DNA from: an uncultured Fibrobacterota bacterium
GTDB lineage: Bacteria; Fibrobacterota; Chitinivibrionia; Chitinivibrionales; FEN-1185
Assembly: GCA_963729895.1 (NCBI GenBank)
Contig: CAVSQB010000018.1
Span: forward strand, 64,001 to 128,000
Length of the DNA: 64,000 nucleotides
Reading direction: 5' to 3'
Shown here: in pieces, positions 39,310-49,532 of the stretch
Layout: every line of letters starts with the position of its first letter
How positions within the stretch are numbered: the first letter of the stretch is position 1
Made by a program: the position numbers and the translations under genes
The notes under the pieces: generated by a model
What the model saw: the letters and a program-made list of their open reading frames with translations, nothing else
Database searches by the model: none
What the model was told of the DNA's origin: nothing

Positions 39310-39840
39310 ATGCGCATCGCGGCCCTCGCCGTCGGCGCTGCCCTCGCGGCTTTCTTTGCCGTATGTCTTGCCGGGGGCGTGTTCGACGAGGTTGTAATGT
39401 CCGCGGGCGAGGAGGGCCCGTTCTGTCTTGTGTACCGGGAACACACCGGGCCCTACCGCGAAGTAAAGTCAGTAGTGTCGGATGTATACCGGTACCTCAA
39501 GGACAAACGCTCCATCACGTCGTCCAAAGGTTTCGCGCGGTTCCTGGACAACCCGCAAAAGGTAAGCCCCCAACACCTGAGAAGCATCGCCGGCTGCATC
39601 ACCGACAGCCTGCTCCCGGACGTCCAGCTGCCATACAAGACGGACATTTTTCCAAGGACCCGCGCCGTTACCGGCACGTTTCCCATCCGCACCTTCCTCT
39701 CGCAGTTCACAGGGCCGCTCAAGTTTTATCCACGGCTGTTCCGCTTTCTTTCGCAAGAAAAACTCCAGGCGGACGGTTCGATGATGGAAATCTACGACAA
39801 GGCGGCAAAGAAGATAGTGTACATTGCGCCGGTGAAGTGA
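39310..39840 (+). CDS. GyrI-like small-molecule-binding domain protein
   Basis: N-terminal hydrophobic helix; YREHTGPY, FLDNP, MEIYD. Confidence 0.6.
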   Translation: MRIAALAVGAALAAFFAVCLAGGVFDEVVMSAGEEGPFCLVYREHTGPYREVKSVVSDVYRYLKDKRSITSSKGFARFLDNPQKVSPQHLRSIAGCITDSLLPDVQLPYKTDIFPRTRAVTGTFPIRTFLSQFTGPLKFYPRLFRFLSQEKLQADGSMMEIYDKAAKKIVYIAPVK

Positions 39841-40062
39841 TCGCCCGGCTCAGCCATCCGGAATTTCCTGCATTATTTCTCCGGCAATTAAATTTCATAG
39901 TACAACGGCCGCAAATTGTGGGTCTCATTATTGCCGGAGTAATAAGATGTCACATCGGTCAAGCACTCCTTATGGGCGTCTTCCGCTCATGGGCCGGTTC
40001 AAATCAATGCGCAGATCGACCCCGGCCCTTTCTCCCGAAACCGCGCGTTGTATTTTGAAGCC

Positions 40063-41862
40063 ATGCTCAAATCCGAATCGGCCGTTTCCACGGGAAAAGC
40101 CGGATCCTTCCTATTTTCGTACGTAAAGAAGCACACCCTCTCCATCGCGGGCGGCATGGCGCTGCTCGTGGCGGTGGACCTGTTTCAACTCATGATTCCC
40201 CGCATCGTGCAGAAGACCGTTGATCTGCTCGGCGAGGAGCATTTTGCGCGGGAGGCAATATTCACCAACGCGGCAACAATTGCCGGCCTCGCCTTCGGCA
40301 TGGTGATACTCCGGTTCTTCTGGCGGCTCTGCATTATGGGGTCGGCGCGAAAGATCGAAACGGAGATGCGCGAAGACATGTTTGTGCACCTCTCCGGCCT
40401 GTCGTTCTCCTATTTCAATAAGACCAAGACCGGCGACCTCATGGCGCTCCTTGTAAACGATCTCAACGCCATCCGCATGGCAACGGGGCCGGCGCTTATC
40501 GGCAGTACCGATTCCCTGTTCATGGGGACCATGTCGCTCGTCTTCATGATGTCGATAAATGTTCCGCTCACCCTGCTTACCGTGGTTCCGCTGCCGCTCA
40601 TCGTGTTTGTCATGATCCGGTTCGGCAAGGTGATCCAGGCGCGTTTTGCCGACGTGCAGAAGTCGTTCGGCGACTTGTCATCGCAGACACAGGAATCTTT
40701 CTCGGGCATCCGCGTGGTAAAGGGCTTTGTCCAAGAGGGCAGGGAACTCGACGGCTTTGTGCGGGAATGCGATTCCTACGTTGAAAAGAATATGCGGCTT
40801 GTCAAGCTCTTCGGGTTCTTCTTCCCTCTCATCAGCTTTCTTGCGGCGCTGTCGTTGTCGCTCCTGTACTTCTTCGGCTCCAGATTCGTTCTGGAAAACA
40901 GAATTTCGCTCGGGCAGTTCGTGTCATTTGCCTTCTACATCGGGTTGTTTGTGTGGCCCATGATGGCCGTGGGCTGGGTATATAACATGTTCCAGCGAGG
41001 AATAGCATCTGCAAAGCGAATCATCGAGCTCATGGAAAGCCGGCCCGACGTGGGCAGGGCGCCGCCGGCCCCGGGGGCGAGGGTTGTCGCAGGAAACATA
41101 GGTTTCCGTGATCTCACCTTCAGCTACGGCCCCGGAAACCGGGACGTGCTCAAGCACGTATCGTTCTCCATTCCTGCCGGGGCATCGCTTGGCATTATGG
41201 GAAAACCCGGCAGCGGCAAGACAACGCTCGTTTCGCTTCTGTTCCACCTGTTTCCGGTGGAACGAGGAAAAATCGAAATTGACGGACACGATATCAACGA
41301 CATTCCGCTCGCCGCCCTGCGGGCGGCAATCGGGTACGTGCCGCAGGATTCGTTTCTGTTTTCCGATTCCGTGGAAAACAACATCGCCTTCGGCCTTGAC
41401 GAAGGCGATAGAGAACGCTCCCGGATAGTGCGCGTGGCGGAGGTGTCGGCAATCCACAAGGAGATCGTGCAATTTGCAAACGGCTATTCAACGCAGATCG
41501 GCGAACGGGGTATCACACTTTCGGGCGGGCAAAAGCAGCGGCTAGCGATAAGCCGTGCCTTGCTTGTCGACCCCGCCATCTTCGTCCTCGACGACGCGCT
41601 GTCGTCGGTGGATGCAGGGACCGAACGGCAGATTTTTTCGTCGCTTGCCGCCGAAATGAGGAGCCGAACGTCCATCATTATTGCCCACCGGGTTTCCACG
41701 GTGATGCGCTGCGATTCCATTATCGTGCTTTCCGACGGTGAAATCTCGGAGCAGGGGAGCCACAACCAGCTGATTGAGCGAGACGGGTTCTACGCAAAGT
41801 TGTACCGGCTGCAAACTCTTGAAGAAACCATTGCGGACGGAGAAGGGGCGGGCATTCGGTGA
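40063..41862 (+). CDS. ABC exporter, fused permease/ATPase (heterodimer half 1)
   Basis: TM domain; GKPGSGKT, LSGGQKQR, degenerate Walker B LDDALS. Confidence 0.9.
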   Translation: MLKSESAVSTGKAGSFLFSYVKKHTLSIAGGMALLVAVDLFQLMIPRIVQKTVDLLGEEHFAREAIFTNAATIAGLAFGMVILRFFWRLCIMGSARKIETEMREDMFVHLSGLSFSYFNKTKTGDLMALLVNDLNAIRMATGPALIGSTDSLFMGTMSLVFMMSINVPLTLLTVVPLPLIVFVMIRFGKVIQARFADVQKSFGDLSSQTQESFSGIRVVKGFVQEGRELDGFVRECDSYVEKNMRLVKLFGFFFPLISFLAALSLSLLYFFGSRFVLENRISLGQFVSFAFYIGLFVWPMMAVGWVYNMFQRGIASAKRIIELMESRPDVGRAPPAPGARVVAGNIGFRDLTFSYGPGNRDVLKHVSFSIPAGASLGIMGKPGSGKTTLVSLLFHLFPVERGKIEIDGHDINDIPLAALRAAIGYVPQDSFLFSDSVENNIAFGLDEGDRERSRIVRVAEVSAIHKEIVQFANGYSTQIGERGITLSGGQKQRLAISRALLVDPAIFVLDDALSSVDAGTERQIFSSLAAEMRSRTSIIIAHRVSTVMRCDSIIVLSDGEISEQGSHNQLIERDGFYAKLYRLQTLEETIADGEGAGIR

Positions 41863-44024
41863 ATCATTTTCACGAGGAAGAAGCGAAAGACGCCAAGCTG
41901 TACAACAAGGAGATAATGCGTCTCCTGTTCGGGTACGTCATGACTTACAAGCGTCAGCTGTTCTTCTCATTGTTTTGCGTTGTGGTGATCACGTCTGCCA
42001 CGATTGCAGTCCCGTTTATCGCGAAGACCATTATCGACAGGTATGTTGTCAAGCAAGGCTGGCTCATAAACGAGAAGCTGCTTGCCGCGGCAAACAGCCC
42101 CGAATTGACACAAAGGACAAAACGTGCCTTGCGGCTTGCCGAGGGAAATTCATTTCTATTCAAATCACAGATGTCGTTTTTTTCAAAATCGCAGATTCGG
42201 AGATTTGTCGCCTCGGGGGTTTTGTCGGGCGAGAAGTATACCCTTATCGAGCGGCCGCAGGTATCCGAAGGCGCGCGCGCGCGGTTGCGCTCCCTTATCG
42301 CGCGCGGCGAGGCGCGCGAATATGCCGGTCCAGTCGTCCTCATCAAACCGCCCGCGCTCAGTGTCTTTACAAACAGTGAACTCCTGCAACTGCGCAGCAG
42401 CGACGTGAAGAACGTCGGTCGCTACGCGCTTCTCATGATTGCCATTTTCTCGGTGCAGTTTGTCGCGTCGTATCTGCAAATCGTGTCGCTGATGAAGCTT
42501 TCGCAGCGCTCGATGCGCGATTTGCGCAGGGACCTGTTTAGTCACATACTTTCGCTGGAAGTGTCGTTTTTCGACGTCAATCCGATCGGTCGCCTCGTGA
42601 ACAGGGTCACCAACGACATAGAGGTCCTTAACGAAATGTTCTCGTCGGTGCTCGTGACCCTGTTCCAGGATATCTGCATTCTCGCCGGAATCACCGTCGT
42701 CATGTTCTTTGCAAATGTCTACCTTGCGTGCGCTGTGGCTGTTACGTTTCCTTTCCTCTTTGCCGTTACACTTGTGTTCCGGGTGAAGGCGCGCGACGCC
42801 TACCGCACCATCCGGACCAGAATCGCGGATCTCAATGCGTTCCTCAATGAAAACATCTCCGGGATTCGCATCGTGCAGATATTCGTGCAGGAACTCAAGC
42901 AGCTCGGGAAATTCAGGCGTGTCAATAATGACGTCTACAACGCAAACATCCGGCAGCTGTACGTGTATGCCGTCTTCCGTCCGCTCATCGATTTCTTCAG
43001 GTGGTTCGCTGTGGCAACCGTGATCTATTTCGGAGCGAACCTTATCATAGACGGTCGGGTTTCCTACGGGTTGGTACTTATGTTCCTGTCGTATATCGGG
43101 AGTTTCTTTGAGCCCATTGGTGACCTGTCTGAAAAATTCGACATCATGCAGAGCGCCACCGCCGCCGGCGAGAAGATCCTCGCCGTGTTCAAGGCTTCGG
43201 CGGCGCGCGAACGAAACGATCCGGCCGAGGCGGCCGTGTTCTGGAAGAAGCATGCATCGCTGCATGACGCGGGTCGGCAGGGCGCAATACGCCTGGACGG
43301 AGCCATCCGCTTCGATAACGTATGGTTCGGGTACAACCCCGGGGAATGGGTGTTACGGGGAGTTTCCTTTTCCGTGCAGCCGCGCCAGACGCTGGCCATT
43401 GTAGGCGAAACAGGATCTGGCAAATCAACGATCATCAGCCTGCTGTCGCGGTTGTATGCCGTGCAGAAGGGCGTAATATCCATTGACGGGATCGACGTCA
43501 CAGACATTCCGACGGGCATTCTGCGCAGCGCGATTTCCATGGTGATGCAGGACGTTTTCCTGTTCTCGCGCACGCTTCGGGAGAACGTGAGCCTGAGCGG
43601 GGAATACAACGAAGAAAGGTTCAGGACGGTCGCTCGGGTTACCCACATAAACAAGTTCATCCGCGCCCTTCCGCACGGAGACAGCGAGCTGGTGATGGAG
43701 CGCGGCGCCACGTTTTCGTCGGGTGAGCGCCAGCTCCTCGCATTCGCGCGCGCGCTGTACGCCGATCCGTCGATCCTCGTGCTCGACGAGGCCACATCGA
43801 ACATCGACACAGAAACCGAACGCCTTATCCAGGATGCGATCGTGCACTTGATACAGGGGAGAACATCTATAATCGTTGCGCACCGCCTCTCCACCATCCA
43901 GAATGCACACAAGATCCTGGTGCTGGAAAAAGGCGTAATCGCGGAGCAAGGGGATCATGCGTCGCTGCTCGCAAAGCGGGGGTTGTACCATGAACTTTAC
44001 AAACTGCAGTTCGGCGCGGTATAG
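41859..44024 (+). CDS. ABC exporter, fused permease/ATPase (heterodimer half 2) with enlarged extracytoplasmic loop
   Basis: GETGSGKS, FSSGERQ, LDEATS; GTGA overlap with the previous gene. Confidence 0.9.
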   Translation: MNHFHEEEAKDAKLYNKEIMRLLFGYVMTYKRQLFFSLFCVVVITSATIAVPFIAKTIIDRYVVKQGWLINEKLLAAANSPELTQRTKRALRLAEGNSFLFKSQMSFFSKSQIRRFVASGVLSGEKYTLIERPQVSEGARARLRSLIARGEAREYAGPVVLIKPPALSVFTNSELLQLRSSDVKNVGRYALLMIAIFSVQFVASYLQIVSLMKLSQRSMRDLRRDLFSHILSLEVSFFDVNPIGRLVNRVTNDIEVLNEMFSSVLVTLFQDICILAGITVVMFFANVYLACAVAVTFPFLFAVTLVFRVKARDAYRTIRTRIADLNAFLNENISGIRIVQIFVQELKQLGKFRRVNNDVYNANIRQLYVYAVFRPLIDFFRWFAVATVIYFGANLIIDGRVSYGLVLMFLSYIGSFFEPIGDLSEKFDIMQSATAAGEKILAVFKASAARERNDPAEAAVFWKKHASLHDAGRQGAIRLDGAIRFDNVWFGYNPGEWVLRGVSFSVQPRQTLAIVGETGSGKSTIISLLSRLYAVQKGVISIDGIDVTDIPTGILRSAISMVMQDVFLFSRTLRENVSLSGEYNEERFRTVARVTHINKFIRALPHGDSELVMERGATFSSGERQLLAFARALYADPSILVLDEATSNIDTETERLIQDAIVHLIQGRTSIIVAHRLSTIQNAHKILVLEKGVIAEQGDHASLLAKRGLYHELYKLQFGAV

Positions 44025-44109
44025 AAAGACCTGCTCGTGCGCGACAATAGCGATAAACTATTTTAGCGTGGGAAAACGAACCGCACCGTAAAAATGTCGA
44101 GAGAAAATT

Positions 44110-44168
44110 TCACCACGGGGACATCGAGGACACGGATCTTCTCCGTGCTCTCTGTGTCTCCGCGGTGA
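44110..44168. repeat. REP-like imperfect palindrome
   Basis: TCACCACGGGGACATCGAGGACACGGA / TCCGTGCTCTCTGTGTCTCCGCGGTGA. Confidence 0.6.
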
Positions 44169-44191
44169 GTCTCTATTTGTTTTGAGAAACC

Positions 44192-44965
44192 ATGCACATC
44201 TCCACCTTTTTCAAATTCGCCCGGCCCGCGTACCTCTTCAACTGCAAGACGGGATTTTGCACCGTATGCGGTCACCACTCGCTTTTTGTCCTGAACGATA
44301 CCCTGGCCATGATCCGCAATCATGCCATCTGCGTCCGGTGCGGAAGCGTTTCGCGTCACCGGCATGTCGCGAAATGCATCGTGGACTATTTTTCGCGCCG
44401 GGGAATCCGCAGGCTCGGAGATTTTGAGGCGCATCCCGAGCTTCGGGTGTTTAATTCGGTGTCGTTTGGCCCTATTGTCAAGGCCATGGGTAGTCACCCC
44501 GGGATCGTCTGCTCAGAGTATCTTGACGGCGTGAAGTCCGGCGACCGCAAAAACGGCATCCTGTGTGAGGATTTTGAGAACCTGTCTTTTGGCGATGCAA
44601 GCTTCGATCTGGTGATTTCCGAAGACGTCTTCGAGCACCTCAAGGACTTTCGCAGAGGATTTGCCGAAGTCTACCGCGTATTAAAGAAGGGCGGCGCACA
44701 CATTTTCTGTGTGCCATTCCACTTTGGCACACTGACGCAGCCGTTGTACGAGTTCAGGAACGGCTCGGCAATCCCGCTTGGGCCCATCGAATACCACGGC
44801 GACTCTGTTCGGGGCAGGATTCCAACCTATACGCGCTTCGGCTGCGACCTGGTTGAAATCCTTTCGGGGATGGGGTACGAAGCGACGCTTTCCCTTGCGA
44901 GCTACGAAGACGAAGTGAACTACGGCACATTCAACTGCTGCACGATTACCGCGAAGAAGCCGTGA
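44192..44965 (+). CDS. Class I SAM-dependent methyltransferase-domain protein with N-terminal Cys cluster
   Basis: CTVCG...CVRCGS..RHR; FDLVISEDVFEH; RVLKKGG. Confidence 0.75.
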   Translation: MHISTFFKFARPAYLFNCKTGFCTVCGHHSLFVLNDTLAMIRNHAICVRCGSVSRHRHVAKCIVDYFSRRGIRRLGDFEAHPELRVFNSVSFGPIVKAMGSHPGIVCSEYLDGVKSGDRKNGILCEDFENLSFGDASFDLVISEDVFEHLKDFRRGFAEVYRVLKKGGAHIFCVPFHFGTLTQPLYEFRNGSAIPLGPIEYHGDSVRGRIPTYTRFGCDLVEILSGMGYEATLSLASYEDEVNYGTFNCCTITAKKP

Positions 44966-44973
44966 TCCCGCCG

Positions 44974-45441
44974 CTATTCGACATATTTGTTTTCCCCGCG
45001 GATAATCACATCCAGAAATTTCTCCGGATCTTCGGTATCGATAAGGCTGCTTCGTATATCTTCGTACGACATTATTCTCGAAAGCGAGGAGAGCAGCTGC
45101 GTGTACTGGCTTGAGGCATTGGCAGGGGAGAGCATCATGAAAATGAGATGCACCGGCTGCTCGTCGATGGCGTTGAAATCGATTCCCTTCACGTTGCGGC
45201 CCGCGATCATGTAAACACGGTCGATTCCCTCGATCCTGGCATGGGGGATCGCTATGCCGTAGCCGATCCCTGTTGACATTTCCGCCTCGCGGTCGAGGAT
45301 CTTGCGCGCGATGAGATCCTGGTCTTTCAAATCGTACAGGGACGCAAGGTACTTGCTCATCTGGGCAAGCAGTTCGGCCTTGTTCACGGAATCAAGGTTG
45401 GTAATTATGCCGTTTTTCTGAAGAATGTCTTGGATCTTCAC
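44974..45441 (-). CDS. PTS EIIA (Ntr/fructose-type) protein
   Basis: REAEMSTGIGYGIAIPHAR phospho-His motif. Confidence 0.88.
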   Translation of the reverse strand: MKIQDILQKNGIITNLDSVNKAELLAQMSKYLASLYDLKDQDLIARKILDREAEMSTGIGYGIAIPHARIEGIDRVYMIAGRNVKGIDFNAIDEQPVHLIFMMLSPANASSQYTQLLSSLSRIMSYEDIRSSLIDTEDPEKFLDVIIRGENKYVE

Positions 45442-45703
45442 ACAAGGTCCTTGCTGCGATGTACGACTTGTCCGGATTCCGGTTTCCGTTCTTTCCGATC
45501 GGCATAGACGAGAATTCTGCCGGCGGCGTACAGAATGAACCCGCCAAGCGCGCACGAATAGGCCATGCTCCGCAGATCGCGCGTCATGAAATGGGCAATC
45601 AGGCCGATGCCGCAGAACATCGCGCACACTGCAATTACCGTGAACCCGGCCATCATGACATGAAATCCGTGATGCTGCAGGAATCCCGTTATTGGTCGGG
45701 TCA
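45438..45703 (-). CDS. Small membrane protein
   Basis: Two hydrophobic helices; stop overlaps the EIIA start; start position uncertain. Confidence 0.5.
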
Positions 45704-45966
45704 TGGACCTTTGCCTCTGAAAAACAAATGGGTCAGAACGGTGCTGCAGAGAGATGCGCGGAGGTGTTTGCCGGCTCGAAAGCCGGATTAAGGACCGGAA
45801 AATCAATTTGCACGATCACCCTCTCATGCATAGGGTTCCCACGGGAAAAAGGGGGATGCGGTAAAGGCAGCAAGTAATATAAATGATTACAACCGGAAGT
45901 TCCATTTCACCGCGATCCTGCGGTGCAACAAAGCTCAGAATTTGATGGTTAGCCTGCGCGGCATCT

Positions 45967-46962
45967 CTAGCCGGGGATCATGAGTTTCGACCAAGTTTCA
46001 GCACGGATGCCCGACAGTTTCCCAAAGGTATCGACAGCCCTGTCCGGCAGTGACACAACCACCCTGACCTCAAGCCTGTCCTTTTCGAAAAAGGGGTCGG
46101 GCGCAAAGGTCACGGCCGAAGGATAAGGGTTGATTTCGGACACCAGAAGGTTCCAGCGTTTGAGGGCTGCATCGAATTCGGGATATCGAGCGGAGTGAAG
46201 CACGCTGTGAATCAGCTGAATTTTCTGCGGAGCGTTTCTCCGCGGGTCCTTCCGGATGTGTTCACACTCGTCTCCCCCCAAAATCTCAGCTGCGCCGTGC
46301 CTGCGGATAAGAATAATTTCCGACAGCCACTGGATGAATTCCCTCTCGGTCTGTTGGGAGAGCTCAAATTCCCCGAAGAACGCCAGGAACGTTTCCCGGT
46401 CTTTCTTGGGAAGGGTCCGCAAATCCGTTGCGTTTTGCAGATGAATCTTTTCTTCCAGAACTGCGTCAACAACATCGCGCGGGCAATAGAGGAGTCCGTA
46501 AAGGTCCAAGACCTGTTTCCACGGCAGGTTGAGGACCTGGGCTGCCGCACCCGGTTCGGTCACGCCCGCAGCCGTTGCAAGCCATTCGCAAAAAAGGAAT
46601 TGCTCACGAATGTGCAGTGTTCTTCCCCGGTTAAGCAGTATCCTGAGAAGGCCCGCTTGCTCACCTGAAAGCGAGCCGGCCACTATTCCGCACGCGCATT
46701 GAGGCGTTGCATTCGCCTTGCTCATCGCGAACCGTTTGCACCCGTCAAGAATGGTGTAGGTGTTCCGGCCGTTGTCTACCGCAAGGAGGGGGAGCAGGAG
46801 GGCTTCCGGCGGAAGCCGGGGAAGCAAGGCCGAATCGGCGTACGGCGCTTTTGGCAATTCGAGTTTCCCGATATCGACCATGACGCAACGCGACGTTCTT
46901 GCGAGCGACAACAGGTGTCGTTCAGATTCCAAAAGCGGTTGCAATCGACTTGTACTGTTCAT
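45967..46962 (-). CDS. ParB N-terminal-like domain protein (divergent)
   Basis: YTILDGCKRF resembles the ParB GxxR region, followed by helical domains. Confidence 0.5.
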   Translation of the reverse strand: MNSTSRLQPLLESERHLLSLARTSRCVMVDIGKLELPKAPYADSALLPRLPPEALLLPLLAVDNGRNTYTILDGCKRFAMSKANATPQCACGIVAGSLSGEQAGLLRILLNRGRTLHIREQFLFCEWLATAAGVTEPGAAAQVLNLPWKQVLDLYGLLYCPRDVVDAVLEEKIHLQNATDLRTLPKKDRETFLAFFGEFELSQQTEREFIQWLSEIILIRRHGAAEILGGDECEHIRKDPRRNAPQKIQLIHSVLHSARYPEFDAALKRWNLLVSEINPYPSAVTFAPDPFFEKDRLEVRVVVSLPDRAVDTFGKLSGIRAETWSKLMIPG

Positions 46963-47756
46963 ACTCCCCCTGTTTTCCTCTCTTTTTGCAACCATTGGCA
47001 ACAATGGCCGCTTTTCTCGCGAGCTCCGACCTGGCCAAAGCGGATTGCCCGGCCGAAAGGGTTCCGGATTGCAGAATGTCCAGGATGCTCCTGATACGAA
47101 ACCGGTCCAATCCCATCACGGTTGCAGAAAGCTGGTCCGCGTGCCCGCCGTAGCGGGTAAGGAGATGCTCGTCGACAAGGCCCACGGGAAAGGTGCAGGT
47201 GATCCTGAGCCACAAATCGTAGTCTTCACAGGCAGGAATCGATTCGTTGAATCCGCCGGCATGGTCGAACAGAGCCCGGTCCATCACCACTGAAGACGGC
47301 GTCACCATGCATCGCACCAGGCTTTCTCTAAAAATGTATCCCTGTTTTTTTTCGTGCGTGCGGGGGGGGGGTGACACGCGTTCCGCGCCTCACCCAGAAT
47401 TCTTTTGTTTGGGAGATCCTGAACGCGGAGCTGGTCTTGTGCCACTGCAGCTGCTTTTCAAGCTTCGCCGCATGCCACTCGTCGTCGGAGTCCAGAAAAG
47501 CAAGCCACGCGCCTTTCGCAGCGGCAACGCCTGCATTTCTCGCAGCGGACACTCCACGATGAAGCGGAAACCGTATGCACCGGACGGAGCGTGAGAGCTC
47601 CGGCTGGGCCAGAAGCTCTTCCGTTTTGTCGGTCGAGGCGTCATCGACCACAATACATTCCCAATCGCCCATGGTTTGGTTAAGCACGGAGCGGACAGCC
47701 CGCGCAAGCAGGTGTGCCCGGTTAAAGGCGGGAATAATGACCGAGACCAGGGGCAT
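46922..47756 (-). pseudogene. GT2 glycosyltransferase split by a +1 frameshift at a C10 tract
   Basis: N-half VSVIIPAFNR...VDDAS...FLDSDD; C-half ...TPSSV...EDYDLWLR in another frame; junction at 47362-47371. Confidence 0.8.
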
Positions 47757-47876
47757 GAAGCTCTGTTTCTCCGATTTCTTCAATCAAGATACCTTGTGGC
47801 AGGGGAATGTGGGCGGGAGCGCGTTTCCCGCCGCTTTTTTGCAGCAGAATGGCGCGCAGCTCCACGGGAGGGGGCG

Positions 47877-47914
47877 AAAAAAACACCTGGCGGCTTAAGC
47901 ACAGCCGCCAGGTG
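47877..47914 (-). terminator. Rho-independent terminator
   Basis: 12-bp stem CACCTGGCGGCT/AGCCGCCAGGTG followed by T7 on the minus strand, downstream of 47948-48232. Confidence 0.8.
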
Positions 47915-47947
47915 GAACAAAACAATCAAATAATCCTGGAAGAGGTG

Positions 47948-48232
47948 TTATTTCTTCTTCCTGCCTTTTCCCGCAAGGCTGATGATACGGTATGTCTGAG
48001 AAACGGACAGTTCGAATTTCTTGGCAATGTCGGTTCCCGTTTTGCCGCCCTTGTACATACCAAGGATTTTCTTGTTTCTTTCGGCATTCTTCGCGATGAG
48101 CGAATCGATGCCGTACTTGTTGCGCAGCTGATGGATCGCCTGACGGGTGACCCCGACCTTATCGCCTATTGCCTGATCGGTTCCCAGTTTTTTCTGAAGG
48201 GCGATAAGCTGCTGCTTGCTGAGTCTGGCCAT
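47948..48232 (-). CDS. Small basic double-HTH DNA-binding protein (paralog 1)
   Basis: TDQAIGDKVGVTRQAIHQLR and GTDIAKKFELSVSQTYRII; Lys-rich tail; AAGGAG RBS. Confidence 0.8.
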   Translation of the reverse strand: MARLSKQQLIALQKKLGTDQAIGDKVGVTRQAIHQLRNKYGIDSLIAKNAERNKKILGMYKGGKTGTDIAKKFELSVSQTYRIISLAGKGRKKK

Positions 48233-48358
48233 GATGATGTCTCCTTTCTTAAGGTGGATTGATTAAATATACTATTGGTACAACGCAACGAAAACAACTT
48301 AAGAATTTTTCTTAGACGTCCTCCCTTGTGGAAAGTGTTTACTAAATAGTATTCGCCG

Positions 48359-49378
48359 TCATCGCGCGCCGACAGAAATGACGGTGTCGTGGGCGAAGCA
48401 CAGATACTGGCTGCCGTACAGCCATTGTTCGGCACACGCGTGCCGAGAGGTGTCGGTGCTTACGGTGTGCGGGCGGCCCCAGCTCACGATGACCTGATCC
48501 TTTGTCATTCCGCTTACGATGGTATGGTTGTTGATGGCGTTCCAGGTGAGGCTGTCCCACTTGTGAACATCCATCGGATTCGCCTCGAACAGGTCTTCGG
48601 TCCAGGGCGGCTCCTGCCGGATCTTGTCGGCCATGGTGTTTGTCCAGCTCGCGGCAATAGGAATGAACCCTTTCTCCTTTGCCGGCGTTTCCACTGCGAG
48701 CCAGAGAGGATTGGTTGGTAACGGCGTGAGCCCCCACGAGACGCCAGTGACCCTCAGCTTGTCCTGCACCCGAACCTTGACGGTCCCGTAGTTACCCGTG
48801 ATCGAATCGTAGGTGTTAATAAACCTGCGACGCGAATACACGAATGCGCCAGCCCACCGCCTTGCGGCGCTGTCGAGGTCGGCAAGGCTTGCGATTCCCT
48901 CGATGGCGCCCTTGTGCGTCTTCCCGAATATGGTACGGCCGATTCCTGCCGCGTGAAAAGAGACGAGAAATTCGTCGCCCGCGGGTTCTACGGCCGTGAC
49001 GACAAGCGTCGTGCCCGCGACCTTATCGGAACGGAGGTGGCGTTTGGGAGTTTCGAGCGAGGTGTCGACCGGCGCCCTGCTCGCGGCGAGGTCTTTTGAC
49101 AAGTACAGTTCGTATCCGAATTGCCGGAACAATTTCTGTTTTCTCAGAACCGTGAATTTCCTGTTGATCCAGTGCGGAACCGCAACAAACAGGGTTGAAT
49201 CCATTGCCTGAAGCGCCGTTGCGGGTGCGACGGACGCAACCGGCGGCGCTTTCTGCAACGCAGCCGTGTCGCGGTCGGGCCGCGCGCCGGTCTTTGCATG
49301 TGCGAGAAAACCCGCGCACACGAAAACGGCCGCGGAGGCGGTAAGGAGGATCAGTCTGCTGCGTGGAAATCGTTTCAT
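48359..49378 (-). CDS. Exported hypothetical protein with C-terminal SmpA/OmlA-like motif
   Basis: Signal/anchor; C-terminal GMTKDQVIVSWGRP...EQWLY. Confidence 0.55.
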   Translation of the reverse strand: MKRFPRSRLILLTASAAVFVCAGFLAHAKTGARPDRDTAALQKAPPVASVAPATALQAMDSTLFVAVPHWINRKFTVLRKQKLFRQFGYELYLSKDLAASRAPVDTSLETPKRHLRSDKVAGTTLVVTAVEPAGDEFLVSFHAAGIGRTIFGKTHKGAIEGIASLADLDSAARRWAGAFVYSRRRFINTYDSITGNYGTVKVRVQDKLRVTGVSWGLTPLPTNPLWLAVETPAKEKGFIPIAASWTNTMADKIRQEPPWTEDLFEANPMDVHKWDSLTWNAINNHTIVSGMTKDQVIVSWGRPHTVSTDTSRHACAEQWLYGSQYLCFAHDTVISVGAR

Positions 49379-49532
49379 GGTACGCTGCCTCGCTCGTGGA
49401 GGTTCTCGTTCCGAGCCGTCGCGACAAAGGCCGCTGCGCGACCGGTTTACTTTACGCACGATGAAGAGTCAATAAATTAACAACTGCGCAAACAAAAGGA
49501 AACAGATATTACATTGTGCCGACAGGATTGTA

